Assembly (NCBI GenBank): GCA_002899765.1
Contig: PPDH01000042.1
Span: forward strand, 28,284-92,283
DNA from: Sulfurimonas sp.
GTDB lineage: Bacteria; Campylobacterota; Campylobacteria; Campylobacterales; Sulfurimonadaceae
DNA: 64,000 bases
Direction of reading: 5' to 3'
Shown here in pieces: positions 18,186 through 27,625 of the stretch. Made by a program: the position numbers and the translations under genes. Under the pieces are notes generated by a model. That model saw only the letters and a list, made by a program, of their open reading frames with translations. It was not told where the DNA came from and made no database searches. How positions within the stretch are numbered: position 1 is the first letter of the stretch; every line of letters starts with the position of its first letter.

Positions 18186-20902
18186 GTAAAACAGTTACGA
18201 TAATAGATACGTTTGGTTTTTTCTTTCGTAGTTTTTATGCACTTCCTCAATATCTTAAAAATGCTCAGGGTTTTCCCACTGGTTTGTTAACGGGCTTTAC
18301 AAATTTTATTTCTACTCTTCAAAAACAACATGACAGTGACTATCTGATTTTTGCCATTGATTCCAAAGGTCCAACATTTAGAAACGAGATAGATGCAAAC
18401 TATAAAGCACACAGAATTGCCCCTCCAGAAGAGCTTATGATGCAGCTTCCAATCGCCATTGAATGGATAGATAAAATGGGCTATAAAACGCTCGGGCGCG
18501 TCGGTTATGAAGCAGATGATATTATTGCTACCGTCGTGCGCTTCGCCAAAGAGAAGGGCTATAATGTGAGAGTGGTCTCTCATGATAAAGATCTTTTTCA
18601 ACTTATAGATGACGGCAAAGTAGTTTTGGTTGATGCTATAAAGAAAAAAGTTATGGACGAGGATGCATGTTTAGAAAAATACGGCATATTTCCAAAACAG
18701 TTTATAGATTATCAGGCGATTTTAGGTGATTCTGCGGATAATATCCCCGGTGTTAGAGGAATAGGAAAAGTTGGAGCCGAGAAGCTTTTAGTTCAGTATA
18801 AAACACTTGATAATATTTATGCAAATATAGATGAAATCAAACCTCCTGGTATTCAAAAAAAACTTATAGAGTTTAAAAATTATGCCTACAGATCAAGAGA
18901 GCTTGTGACCCTCAAAGAGGATGCTTTAGAGAGTTTTGATTTTGAAGATTATAAAATGGACGTAGAACACCCTTTTTTAAATATATATGACGAGCTTGTA
19001 AAGTATGAACAAAATGCAATACTAAGAACCCTGCAGGCTAAAAATATGGTGAGTGAGCAGACGCACCAAAAAGCTGTTACAAAAATAGAGACACAGATAC
19101 AGAGCGATAAAAAACTAGATTTTAAAACAACTCTTATTACAGACGCAAAAGAACTTCATAGAGTGTTGAATTCACTGGACAAAGAGACTATTGTCGCTTT
19201 TGACACAGAGACTACGGGGCTTGATTATGAGCATGACTCTTTAGTCGGCTTTAGTTTTAGTTTTAATAATAATGAAGGATTTTATGTTCCTATCGCCCAC
19301 TTTTACCTTGGAGTGCCCCAGCAGATAAATCATGATGATGCCACAAAGGCCATAAGAAAGATATTTAAATCACATGTAGTAGGACATAACATAAAATTTG
19401 ATCTGCATTTTGTCTGCAGATTTTTACAAGAGAGTAAGTTAGAGATTTTTGCCGACTCAATGATACTCGCTTGGCTGGTAAATCCAGAGGATGCTCTCTC
19501 GCTTGACAAGCTATCCGACAAGCTTTTAGGGCATCAGATGCTCTCTTTTAAAGAAACGGTAAAAAAGGGTGAAACATTTGCGGGTGTTGCGCTTGAAGAT
19601 GCATGTAAGTACGCTGCCGAAGATGCTGTTATAACTTTGAAGCTTTATCATCTGCTTTTAGAAAAACTCTCTCTTGGTGGTGCAAAACATCTTATCAAAG
19701 AGGCGGTAGAAGTAGAGTTTCCTTTTATTCAAACGCTTCTGAAGATGGAGAGAGAGGGTATAGCTCTAGATAGTTCGTTTTTACAAAAATTTCTTGTTGA
19801 GGTCAAAGATACATTGAGTGATTTGACAAAGAAGATTTATGCTTTAGCGGGCAGAGAGTTCAATATAAACTCCACTCAGCAGTTGGGTGTTGTACTTTTT
19901 GAGGATTTAGGTCTCTCAACCGGCAAAAAAACAAAAACCGGTTACTCGACAAATGAGCAGGTTTTAAGTTCACTAAAGGATGAGCATGAAATTGTTCCCC
20001 ATCTTTTAGAGTACCGCGAAGTGTATAAGCTTTTTTCAACCTATATTGAGCCGTTGTTAAAACTAAGCCGTGAGGATAAAGAGGGTCGTATCCATACCTC
20101 TTTTGTGCAGAGTGGAACGGCAACTGGAAGACTAAGTTCAAAAAATCCAAACTTACAAAATATCCCTACTAGAACAAAGCTCGGCACAAAAATAAGAGAA
20201 GCGTTCATTGCCCCAAAGGGTAAAAAGCTTATCGGCATAGATTATTCTCAGATTGAACTTAGACTGCTTGCGCATTTTACGCAGGATGAGGTTTTGGTGG
20301 ATGCGTTTAAGAGCAACAAAGATATTCATCGTCAAACTGCCGTGGCTCTTTTTGGCGAGGATGAAGCAGATGCAAAAAGAAACATTGCAAAAACTGTAAA
20401 TTTCGGACTTCTTTACGGAATGGGGCAGAAAAAACTCTCTGATACTTTAGGCATAACTACCAAGGAAGCAAAAGAGATAATAGAGAAGTATTTTAACAGT
20501 TTTCCTACAGTAAGAGCTTGTTTTCGTTTAATTGTTGAAGATTCAAAAGAGCTTGGATATGTGGAGACACTTTTGGGGCGCAGAAGGTATTTTGACTATA
20601 AAAATGCTTCTCCGATGTTTAGGGCAGCTTACGAGAGAGAGTCTGTAAACAGCGTCTTTCAGGGAAGTGCCAGCGACCTTATAAAACTAAGCATGAATAA
20701 AATACACAGAGTAATAGAAGATGAAAAACTAGATGCAAAAATGCTTCTTCAGATACATGATGAACTCATTTTTGAGGTTGGCGAGGATGAAGCTGAAGTC
20801 TTGGGAGGAAGATTTAAAGAGATTATGGAAAGCATAATGGAGCTTAATATTCCTCTAAAGGCAAGTATGAACATTGGAGATAACTGGAGTGAGTTAAAGT
20901 AG
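18182..20902 (+). CDS. polA: DNA polymerase I (5'-nuclease, 3'-5' exonuclease and polymerase domains)
   Basis: 906 aa with FDTETTGL (Exo I), motif A DYSQIELR, motif B RNIAKTVNFGLLYGM, motif C QIHDELIFE. Confidence 0.95.
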   Translation: MSKTVTIIDTFGFFFRSFYALPQYLKNAQGFPTGLLTGFTNFISTLQKQHDSDYLIFAIDSKGPTFRNEIDANYKAHRIAPPEELMMQLPIAIEWIDKMGYKTLGRVGYEADDIIATVVRFAKEKGYNVRVVSHDKDLFQLIDDGKVVLVDAIKKKVMDEDACLEKYGIFPKQFIDYQAILGDSADNIPGVRGIGKVGAEKLLVQYKTLDNIYANIDEIKPPGIQKKLIEFKNYAYRSRELVTLKEDALESFDFEDYKMDVEHPFLNIYDELVKYEQNAILRTLQAKNMVSEQTHQKAVTKIETQIQSDKKLDFKTTLITDAKELHRVLNSLDKETIVAFDTETTGLDYEHDSLVGFSFSFNNNEGFYVPIAHFYLGVPQQINHDDATKAIRKIFKSHVVGHNIKFDLHFVCRFLQESKLEIFADSMILAWLVNPEDALSLDKLSDKLLGHQMLSFKETVKKGETFAGVALEDACKYAAEDAVITLKLYHLLLEKLSLGGAKHLIKEAVEVEFPFIQTLLKMEREGIALDSSFLQKFLVEVKDTLSDLTKKIYALAGREFNINSTQQLGVVLFEDLGLSTGKKTKTGYSTNEQVLSSLKDEHEIVPHLLEYREVYKLFSTYIEPLLKLSREDKEGRIHTSFVQSGTATGRLSSKNPNLQNIPTRTKLGTKIREAFIAPKGKKLIGIDYSQIELRLLAHFTQDEVLVDAFKSNKDIHRQTAVALFGEDEADAKRNIAKTVNFGLLYGMGQKKLSDTLGITTKEAKEIIEKYFNSFPTVRACFRLIVEDSKELGYVETLLGRRRYFDYKNASPMFRAAYERESVNSVFQGSASDLIKLSMNKIHRVIEDEKLDAKMLLQIHDELIFEVGEDEAEVLGGRFKEIMESIMELNIPLKASMNIGDNWSELK

Positions 20903-20908
20903 TGTTAC

Positions 20909-22108
20909 ATGTTAAAACAGTATAAAGAAGCCATTGAAAAAAGCAATATTATCTCAAAAACAGACCTTGAGGGGATAATAACTTTTGTCAATGATGAGTT
21001 TTGTACAATCAGTAAATACTCAAAAGATGAGCTTATAGGTAAGAATCATAATATTTTAAGACATCCTGATGTTCCACCCGAGAAGTTCTATCTTCTTTGG
21101 GAGACTATAAAAAATAAAGATATATATAAAGACACCGTTAAAAATTTAGCTAAAGACGGCACGACATTTTACGTAAATACAACAATAATCCCCATTCTTG
21201 ATAAGAGTGACGCTATCGTCGAATATATTGCGATACGATATGATGTAACAAAAGAGATGCTCTTAAGAGAAGAACTTTTAAAAAAAGAGTCAGAGTATGA
21301 AGAGTTAAACAGAAGTTTAGAGAAGATGGTAGAAGAACAGACTAGAGAGCTAAAAGAGTTAAACCAGACGCTAGAGGAGCGAGTGAAAGAGGAGATAGCA
21401 AAAAACGAAGAGAGACAGCGTGTTATGTTTTGGCAATCACGACATGCAAGTCTGGGTCAAATGCTCGCAAATATTGCACATCAGTGGAGACAACCGCTTA
21501 CAGAACTCTCTTTGGCGATGTTTAATATTAAAAAAGCTATGCAAAACGGTAGTGAAAATGATGTATCGAAATTTTATGCAGAGAGCAAACATATTATAAA
21601 AAATATGTCTGAGACTATAGATGATTTTACAAACTTTTTTTCTCCCGATAAAGAGAAGCACTATTTTAATATCAGTGAGAGTATTATGGAATCTATCGGG
21701 CTTTTAGAGAGCGTGATTGATGATGAGATGATAACCATAAAAACAACATTTGAGGATATAGAGGTTTTGGGAATTACAAATGAGCTTACTCAAGTTATCA
21801 TAAATCTTATCAATAACTCAAAAGATGCGTTTATACACAACAGTATTCTTCTTAGAGAGATAACAATAGTTACAAAAAGAGAGAATGGTTTTGCTGTTAT
21901 CGAGGTACATGATAATGCAGGCGGAATAGCAAAAGAGAACTTGGAGAAAATTTTTGAGCCATACTTTACTACAAAACATAAAAGCCGCGGAACGGGTTTG
22001 GGACTTTTTATGTCACGAATGATTTGTGAACGTGGACTTGGCGGTACACTTGATGTTAAGAGCAAAAAAAATACGACAACATTTAATATAAAGATTCCTT
22101 TGGATTAA
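20909..22108 (+). CDS. Cytoplasmic PAS-domain sensor histidine kinase
   Basis: 399 aa with an N-terminal PAS domain (ITFVNDEFCTISKYSKDELIGKNHNILRH), a coiled coil, an H-box (ANIAHQWRQPL), an N-box and a G-box (GTGLGLFMS). Confidence 0.85.
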   Translation: MLKQYKEAIEKSNIISKTDLEGIITFVNDEFCTISKYSKDELIGKNHNILRHPDVPPEKFYLLWETIKNKDIYKDTVKNLAKDGTTFYVNTTIIPILDKSDAIVEYIAIRYDVTKEMLLREELLKKESEYEELNRSLEKMVEEQTRELKELNQTLEERVKEEIAKNEERQRVMFWQSRHASLGQMLANIAHQWRQPLTELSLAMFNIKKAMQNGSENDVSKFYAESKHIIKNMSETIDDFTNFFSPDKEKHYFNISESIMESIGLLESVIDDEMITIKTTFEDIEVLGITNELTQVIINLINNSKDAFIHNSILLREITIVTKRENGFAVIEVHDNAGGIAKENLEKIFEPYFTTKHKSRGTGLGLFMSRMICERGLGGTLDVKSKKNTTTFNIKIPLD

Positions 22109-22109
22109 G

Positions 22110-22787
22110 ATGAAAAATAGAGCGCTAAAAGATATTAAGGTTTTACTCGTAGAGGATGAAGAAAATCTCGCAAGGCTTCTAAAAGAAGCAATCGGCGATA
22201 ATTTTCATAGTTTTAATATTGCAGTCGACGGTGTGCAGGGGCTAGAGCTTTTTAAAAAGATAAAACCAGATATCGTTATAACCGATATTATGATGCCGCG
22301 CCTCTCAGGGCTTGATATGGCAAAAGAGATAAAGCAACTCAGCCCAAAAACTCCTATAATAATACTTAGTGCTTTTAGTGAAAAGGAGAAGCTCTTTAGT
22401 GCCATCGATATAGGCATAACCAAATATTTTTTAAAACCATTTGATACTGATGAACTCTTGGAGTACATAGGCAGTATTACTCCGAAACTCGGTAAAAAAT
22501 CACTAAAGTTAAATGAGGAATTTGTTTTCAATAAAGGAACAAGCTCCCTTTATAAAAATGATAGATACGTGGCACTCTCTAGAAATGAGACTAAGTTTTT
22601 GACTCTTTTACTTGATGGAAAAAATAGAGTTGTAAGTGATATCGAGATAAAAGAGAGCCTGTGGGGGGAAGATGTTAGCGATGAGAGAGTGAGAACTTTT
22701 ATCAGAAGATTTCGAGAAAAAACCTCGAAAAAATTTGTGAAAAACGTAAAAGGAGTCGGATACAAACTCTCTTTTAACGAAAAGTAG
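22110..22787 (+). CDS. OmpR/PhoB-type response regulator (REC plus winged helix)
   Basis: 225 aa with VLLVEDEE, ITDIMMPRLSG, KYFLKPF and a C-terminal VKGVGYKL winged-helix motif. It starts 2 nt after the kinase gene. Confidence 0.85.
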   Translation: MKNRALKDIKVLLVEDEENLARLLKEAIGDNFHSFNIAVDGVQGLELFKKIKPDIVITDIMMPRLSGLDMAKEIKQLSPKTPIIILSAFSEKEKLFSAIDIGITKYFLKPFDTDELLEYIGSITPKLGKKSLKLNEEFVFNKGTSSLYKNDRYVALSRNETKFLTLLLDGKNRVVSDIEIKESLWGEDVSDERVRTFIRRFREKTSKKFVKNVKGVGYKLSFNEK

Positions 22788-24477
22788 TTCTCTCTATCTT
22801 TGGTTTATAGTGAGGATCCTCACCTTCTATGGTCCAGAGTTTTTTGCTAAGGTAGCTTATTGCATTATGAAAATTCTCATCTACATGTTCCCAAAAATCA
22901 AGCTCTGCAAACTCTTTTTTTAACAACTCTTTTTCATACTCAAAGCTTTGTAAGTTTTGTAGCTTCGGCACTATAATAGTGTTTTTTGTTTCAAGATTTG
23001 CTAAAACCCACAGAGATAAAAACTCCTCACTGCAATGAATTAAAACTTTGCTTGCATACTCCTCAAAATCGCTATAACCGCTAAGCTCAAAGAGTCTTAT
23101 AATTAATGATACAGTCTCGTTTAGATGGACAAAGGGCACCATTGAGAAGAGTTGACGTCCGACAGATGCACCGTTGGAGTGCTCGGCGCCCAAAAATATT
23201 CTGGCTCCGCCCTCAGTATCGCCGAAGTTGTTTGTTTTTAGCCCGATAAGACCTATATCTGTATGTCTATGTCTTCCACACCCCTTTGCACATCCTGAAA
23301 ATCCGACCTGTATTCGATGTTCATTTATCTTATCAAGCGGAAGATAAGATGTCTCATCTTTTATGCTCCAAACAGCGTATGGACAAAGATTACCCGCACA
23401 TGCAACTATTGTTTCGCTGAGAGCCTGCGACTTTATAGGTGAGATTGGTTCTTTAAGACCGATGAGATAGATATTTTGATCTATGCCGAATCTAATTTCA
23501 AGAGCGTTTTGTGTTGCAAAATCGGCAATACTTTTAATCTCATCAGTAGTTAGTCTTGAAAAATCTGTTTGGTAGCAAAAGGCATAGGTTGCATCTTTTA
23601 GCTTGTGAAACTCACGAAACTCTTTTTTCTCAAGTATAAGTTCGCCTTCGCTTTGGAAATCATTTTGGTACTCTTTTTTAATATGAGCCTTAAGGGTGTC
23701 CATGCCGATATCTTCAATCATATGAAAGATACGGGTTTTAGAGCGAGAAAAACGTGAACCGTGAAGATAAAATGCCTCTACAAAAGCTTTAAAAAAATCA
23801 AATACTTCCTCTTTTTTTAAAAAAATATCGGCGCTGCGTGCCACTTCTGTATTTTTACCGCCCATATAGACGTTAAATCCAAAAACACCCTCTTTTTTTG
23901 CCAATGCAAAATATATATCATTTGCAAAAAATGAAGTTACATTTGCACGGTTTCCAGATATGCCTACGGATACGCGGCGAGGAAGCATACCGACATAACG
24001 AGGATTTTTTACGATATAGTCATGCATCTGCATTATCAGCGGGTAAGTCTCTATTTCCGAGAACTCCCCGCACCCGTCATACGGGTCTGTAACTATGTTT
24101 CTTACGTTATCTCCAAAGCTCTGCCATGTAGAGACGCCAAGAGCATTTATGCGCTTGTGGATAGTTAAAACATCATCCACATCTACATCATGAAGCTGTA
24201 TGCCCGAGCGCGCCGTCAAAATAATTGTTAAGTTATACTCATCCACTATGTCGGCAATTTTTTGAAAATTCTCAGCACTGATTTTCCCACCGGGAATGCG
24301 GATTCTAATTGTAAACTCATCTTCTAAAAAGTTGGTATTAAATATTCCAAAATCTTGAAGATAAAATCTATCAGCCTCAGTTAAGCTCTCAAAATCAATT
24401 TTATCAAAATCTTTATAGTACTCAATTGGTTTTAGCTGCGCTTTGTAACGCTCTCTTTTATTTAGTTTATTTTCCAT
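22774..24477 (-). CDS. Nitrite/sulfite reductase family hemoprotein (siroheme/4Fe-4S type) with a C-terminal extension
   Basis: 567 aa with duplicated NIR_SIR ferredoxin-like halves and a Cys cluster segment (GFSGCAKGCGRHRHTDIGLIG ... CAGNLCPYA). Confidence 0.65.
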   Translation of the reverse strand: MENKLNKRERYKAQLKPIEYYKDFDKIDFESLTEADRFYLQDFGIFNTNFLEDEFTIRIRIPGGKISAENFQKIADIVDEYNLTIILTARSGIQLHDVDVDDVLTIHKRINALGVSTWQSFGDNVRNIVTDPYDGCGEFSEIETYPLIMQMHDYIVKNPRYVGMLPRRVSVGISGNRANVTSFFANDIYFALAKKEGVFGFNVYMGGKNTEVARSADIFLKKEEVFDFFKAFVEAFYLHGSRFSRSKTRIFHMIEDIGMDTLKAHIKKEYQNDFQSEGELILEKKEFREFHKLKDATYAFCYQTDFSRLTTDEIKSIADFATQNALEIRFGIDQNIYLIGLKEPISPIKSQALSETIVACAGNLCPYAVWSIKDETSYLPLDKINEHRIQVGFSGCAKGCGRHRHTDIGLIGLKTNNFGDTEGGARIFLGAEHSNGASVGRQLFSMVPFVHLNETVSLIIRLFELSGYSDFEEYASKVLIHCSEEFLSLWVLANLETKNTIIVPKLQNLQSFEYEKELLKKEFAELDFWEHVDENFHNAISYLSKKLWTIEGEDPHYKPKIERTTFR

Positions 24478-24523
24478 GGAGCGTATTTTATCTAATAATG
24501 AATGTTATTTATATTGATATATA

Positions 24524-25225
24524 TCATCTAAAAATGATTTGGATGTCTTTGTGTAGAAGTGAGCGGTTAAATTTATTTTTGGACTCTTTTAAATCTGCAA
24601 TGCTTGTACCTGTATCTAAAAACTCTTGTATATAGTAGACATTTTTGTAGCCTCTGGTTTTTAAATCATATATAATTTTATTTATATCGTTTTCGTCTAA
24701 TAAATCTCTGTGGATAGTAGTTCTGGCTTCAAAAGAGATGTCGCTCTTGATTAAAAAATCAAGTGTCTTTGAAAATTCGTCAAATTTATTTGAGTGTGTT
24801 ATCCGGCTGAATTTTTCTTCGGGTGCTTTATAGTCAAGTGCCACATAATCCAAAAGATTTAGTTCAAGAAGCTCTTTTACATGTGTAAAATTTGTACCGT
24901 TGGTGTCGAGTTTTATCTTAAAACCAAGCTCTTTTATTTTGCGGCAAAATGGAACTAAATCATAAGAAGAGGCTTCGCCGCCCGATAAGACAACCGCTTC
25001 GAGCAGATTTACTCTTGTTTTTAAAAAATCGAGGATATCGTTATAGCTGTATTTGCCCTCTTTGGCAAAAACTATATCTTTGTTGTAGCAGTAATCGCAT
25101 CGCATATTTCACCCACTAAACCACACTATACACGATAGGTGGTCTGGATAATCCAAGTGGGTAAATGATGTTAAATCATATATAAACTTAGCACTCAGTG
25201 AATTGTTTTCTCTGTTTGTGCTCAC
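24524..25225 (-). pseudogene. nrdG: Anaerobic ribonucleotide reductase activating protein (radical SAM), with an in-frame TGA (25109-25111) at the position of the first Cys of CX3CX2C. Candidate GTG start at 25225.
   Basis: The ORF-track ORF starts MRCDYCYNKD. Reading upstream in the same frame gives ...KFIYDLTSFTHLDYPDHLSCIVWFSG*NMRCDYCYNKD. This is the canonical activase N-terminus (DYPG...V.F..GCN.RC..C.N) with TGA in place of Cys. The frame is open back to TAG at 25235-25237. Confidence 0.75.
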
Positions 25226-25340
25226 CGGTTTTCCCTACGTTAAAACTCTCAACAGGTCTGTGATAACCCATAACTCTTGTGTAAACGATACATTTTTGTC
25301 TTCTGTCTTTTAACATAGCCAAAGCTTCATTTTTGCTCAT
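25188..25340 (-). CDS. 50-codon ORF encoding the class III RNR glycyl-radical motif as a stand-alone peptide (not in the ORF track)
   Basis: My translation: MSKNEALAMLKDRRQKCIVYTRVMGYHRPVESFNVGKTGEHKQRKQFTEC. RV-x-GY-x-RPV..(F/W)N.GK..E...R..F is the NrdD C-terminal glycyl-radical signature. GGAGG (25349-25353) lies 8 nt upstream of the ATG (25338-25340). The frame differs from nrdD. Confidence 0.7.
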   Translation of the reverse strand: MSKNEALAMLKDRRQKCIVYTRVMGYHRPVESFNVGKTGEHKQRKQFTEC

Positions 25341-25357
25341 TATTTTTACCTCCTTTA

Positions 25358-27454
25358 CTAAGATGCGATTGTGACTTCGCTTAAAAGCTCTTCGTCACAT
25401 TTTGGACAAAACTCATGTTCGCCTGCTATATACCCATGTTTTGGACATACAGAAAAGAGCGGTGTCACCGTAATATACGGAAGTCTGAAGTTTGTAATTA
25501 CATTTTTAACCAGTTTTCTACAAGCTTCTGTAGAACTTATTTTCTCTTGCATGTAGAGATGAAGAACGGTTCCTCCCGTATATTTGCACTGCAAATCATC
25601 TTGAAGTTCGAGCGCTCTAAACGGATCATCTGTTAAATCAACCGGAATTTGAGATGAGTTTGTATAGTAAATATTCTCTCCCATTCCTGCTTGAAGAATT
25701 GAATCGCCGTAACGTTTCTTATCCTCTTTTGCAAATCTGTAAGTAGTTCCCTCGGCAGGAGTTGCTTCAAGGTTATAAAGGTTTCCGGTCTCTTCTTGAA
25801 ACTGAACCATTCTATCACGAATGTACTCTAAAAGTTCGATTGCAAACTCTTCTCCACGTTTATCGGCGATATCATAACTGTCACTTGTAAAATTGCGAAT
25901 CATCTCGTTTATACCGTTAACCCCGATAGTTGAGAAATGATTTCTAAATCCCGGCAGATAACGTTTTGTATAAGGGAAAAGTCCTCTGTCATACATCTCT
26001 TGGATAAACACGCGTTTCTTCTCTAGTGTAGATTTTGCCATCTCCATAAGTTCATCCAAACGCTTGTAAATACCCTCTTTGTTGCCTTTATACAAGAATC
26101 CCAAGCGAGCCATATTTATGGTAACAACGCCGATTGAACCTGTCATCTCAGCTGAACCGAATAAACCGCCTCCACGCTTTAGAAGCTCACGTAAATCCAG
26201 TTGAAGTCTGCAGCACATACTTCTTACATGTCCAGGTTTATAAGCCTCTTCATTTGGTACAAGGTTTCCTTGAGCATCACGTTTATATTGTGAACCGATG
26301 AAATTTTGAAAGTATGACGAACCTACTTTTGCCGTATTCTCAAAAAGGATGTCGGTATTTTCTCCATACCAGTCAAAGTCTTCGGTAATATTTACCGTAG
26401 GAATCGGAAATGTAAACGGCTGACCCGTTAAATCCCCTTCAGTCATAATCTCATAGTATGCTTTGTTAATGAGATTCATCTCCGGTTGAAAATGTTTGTA
26501 TGTCATAGATTCAAGTGCTTTTGCACCTCTTATTTTCGCCTCTTCTTCAAGTTCGCTGTCTAAAACATTTTTAAAAAGGTGAAGCTGCATAGAAGTAGGT
26601 GTCTGATCTTTTAAATCATCGGGCACAGTCCAGTCTATAGTTATATTTGTAAACGGTGATTGTCCCCAGCGAGCAGGTACATTTAGGTTGTAAACAAAAC
26701 TTCTGATTGCTTTTTTAACTTCATTATACGGCAGTTTGTCTTTAAAAACGTACGGTGCCAAATAGGTGTCAAACGAGCTGAATGCTTGCGCACCCGCCCA
26801 CTCTGATTGGAGTATTCCTAAGAAGTTTGCCATTTGACCTAATGCTTCGCGGAAATGTCTTGGCGCACTGCTCTCAACTCTTCCTCTTACACCGTTAAAT
26901 CCTTCATCAAGCAGAACACGCAGAGACCATCCCGCGCAGTAGCCCGTAAGACAATCTAAATCATGGATATGATAGTCGCCGTTACGGTGTGCATATCCTT
27001 CTTCTTTGGAGTAGATTTTATCTAGCCAGTAGTTTGCTATAACTTTGCCCGCCGTGTTATTTACAAGACCTGCGTTGGAGTAACCCGTGTTTGAGTTGGC
27101 TTTGATGCGCCAATCGGTTCCTAAGATGTACTCTTCGATAGTTTGTGTGGAGTTGATATATGTAGTATCTTCATCGAGAACATGTTCTCTTTGCATTTTG
27201 TGTGTATGACGATATACCATAAACGAGCGCATTACATCAAAATATCTTGCTTTGTAGAGCTCTTTTTCTATTGAGTCTTGAATGTCTTCTACTGCAACAA
27301 CTCTTTTGTTTTTGATGCTATCAAGAACATTAAAAAATACTGCACTGTCATAGATAACATTTTGAGACTCAAAAGCTTTTTTAATAGCGTCTTCAATTTT
27401 AAAAGGCAAAAACTCTTTATACGTGCCATCTCTCTTTAAAATATTTTCAACCAT
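25358..27454 (-). CDS. nrdD: Anaerobic ribonucleoside-triphosphate reductase (class III) large polypeptide, lacking the glycyl-radical C-terminus
   Basis: 698 aa with an N-terminal ATP-cone-like segment, an NrdD core and a C-terminal Zn-ribbon (CPKHGYIAGEHEFCPKC). It ends ...LLSEVTIAS with no RVxGY motif. Confidence 0.9.
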   Translation of the reverse strand: MVENILKRDGTYKEFLPFKIEDAIKKAFESQNVIYDSAVFFNVLDSIKNKRVVAVEDIQDSIEKELYKARYFDVMRSFMVYRHTHKMQREHVLDEDTTYINSTQTIEEYILGTDWRIKANSNTGYSNAGLVNNTAGKVIANYWLDKIYSKEEGYAHRNGDYHIHDLDCLTGYCAGWSLRVLLDEGFNGVRGRVESSAPRHFREALGQMANFLGILQSEWAGAQAFSSFDTYLAPYVFKDKLPYNEVKKAIRSFVYNLNVPARWGQSPFTNITIDWTVPDDLKDQTPTSMQLHLFKNVLDSELEEEAKIRGAKALESMTYKHFQPEMNLINKAYYEIMTEGDLTGQPFTFPIPTVNITEDFDWYGENTDILFENTAKVGSSYFQNFIGSQYKRDAQGNLVPNEEAYKPGHVRSMCCRLQLDLRELLKRGGGLFGSAEMTGSIGVVTINMARLGFLYKGNKEGIYKRLDELMEMAKSTLEKKRVFIQEMYDRGLFPYTKRYLPGFRNHFSTIGVNGINEMIRNFTSDSYDIADKRGEEFAIELLEYIRDRMVQFQEETGNLYNLEATPAEGTTYRFAKEDKKRYGDSILQAGMGENIYYTNSSQIPVDLTDDPFRALELQDDLQCKYTGGTVLHLYMQEKISSTEACRKLVKNVITNFRLPYITVTPLFSVCPKHGYIAGEHEFCPKCDEELLSEVTIAS

Positions 27455-27625
27455 GACAGCTCCTCTTTTTTATATAATTGCGCATTTTATAAGATAAGAA
27501 GTTAAAAACTTATAATGAAATATGTCACACTCGCGTCACTAAAAGCTCTATTAATTGCCCTAGGGTATAATTGTGAGGTGGCAAAAATTTATAAAAAAAT
27601 TTATCTTAGAGAAGAAGCGCAAAAA

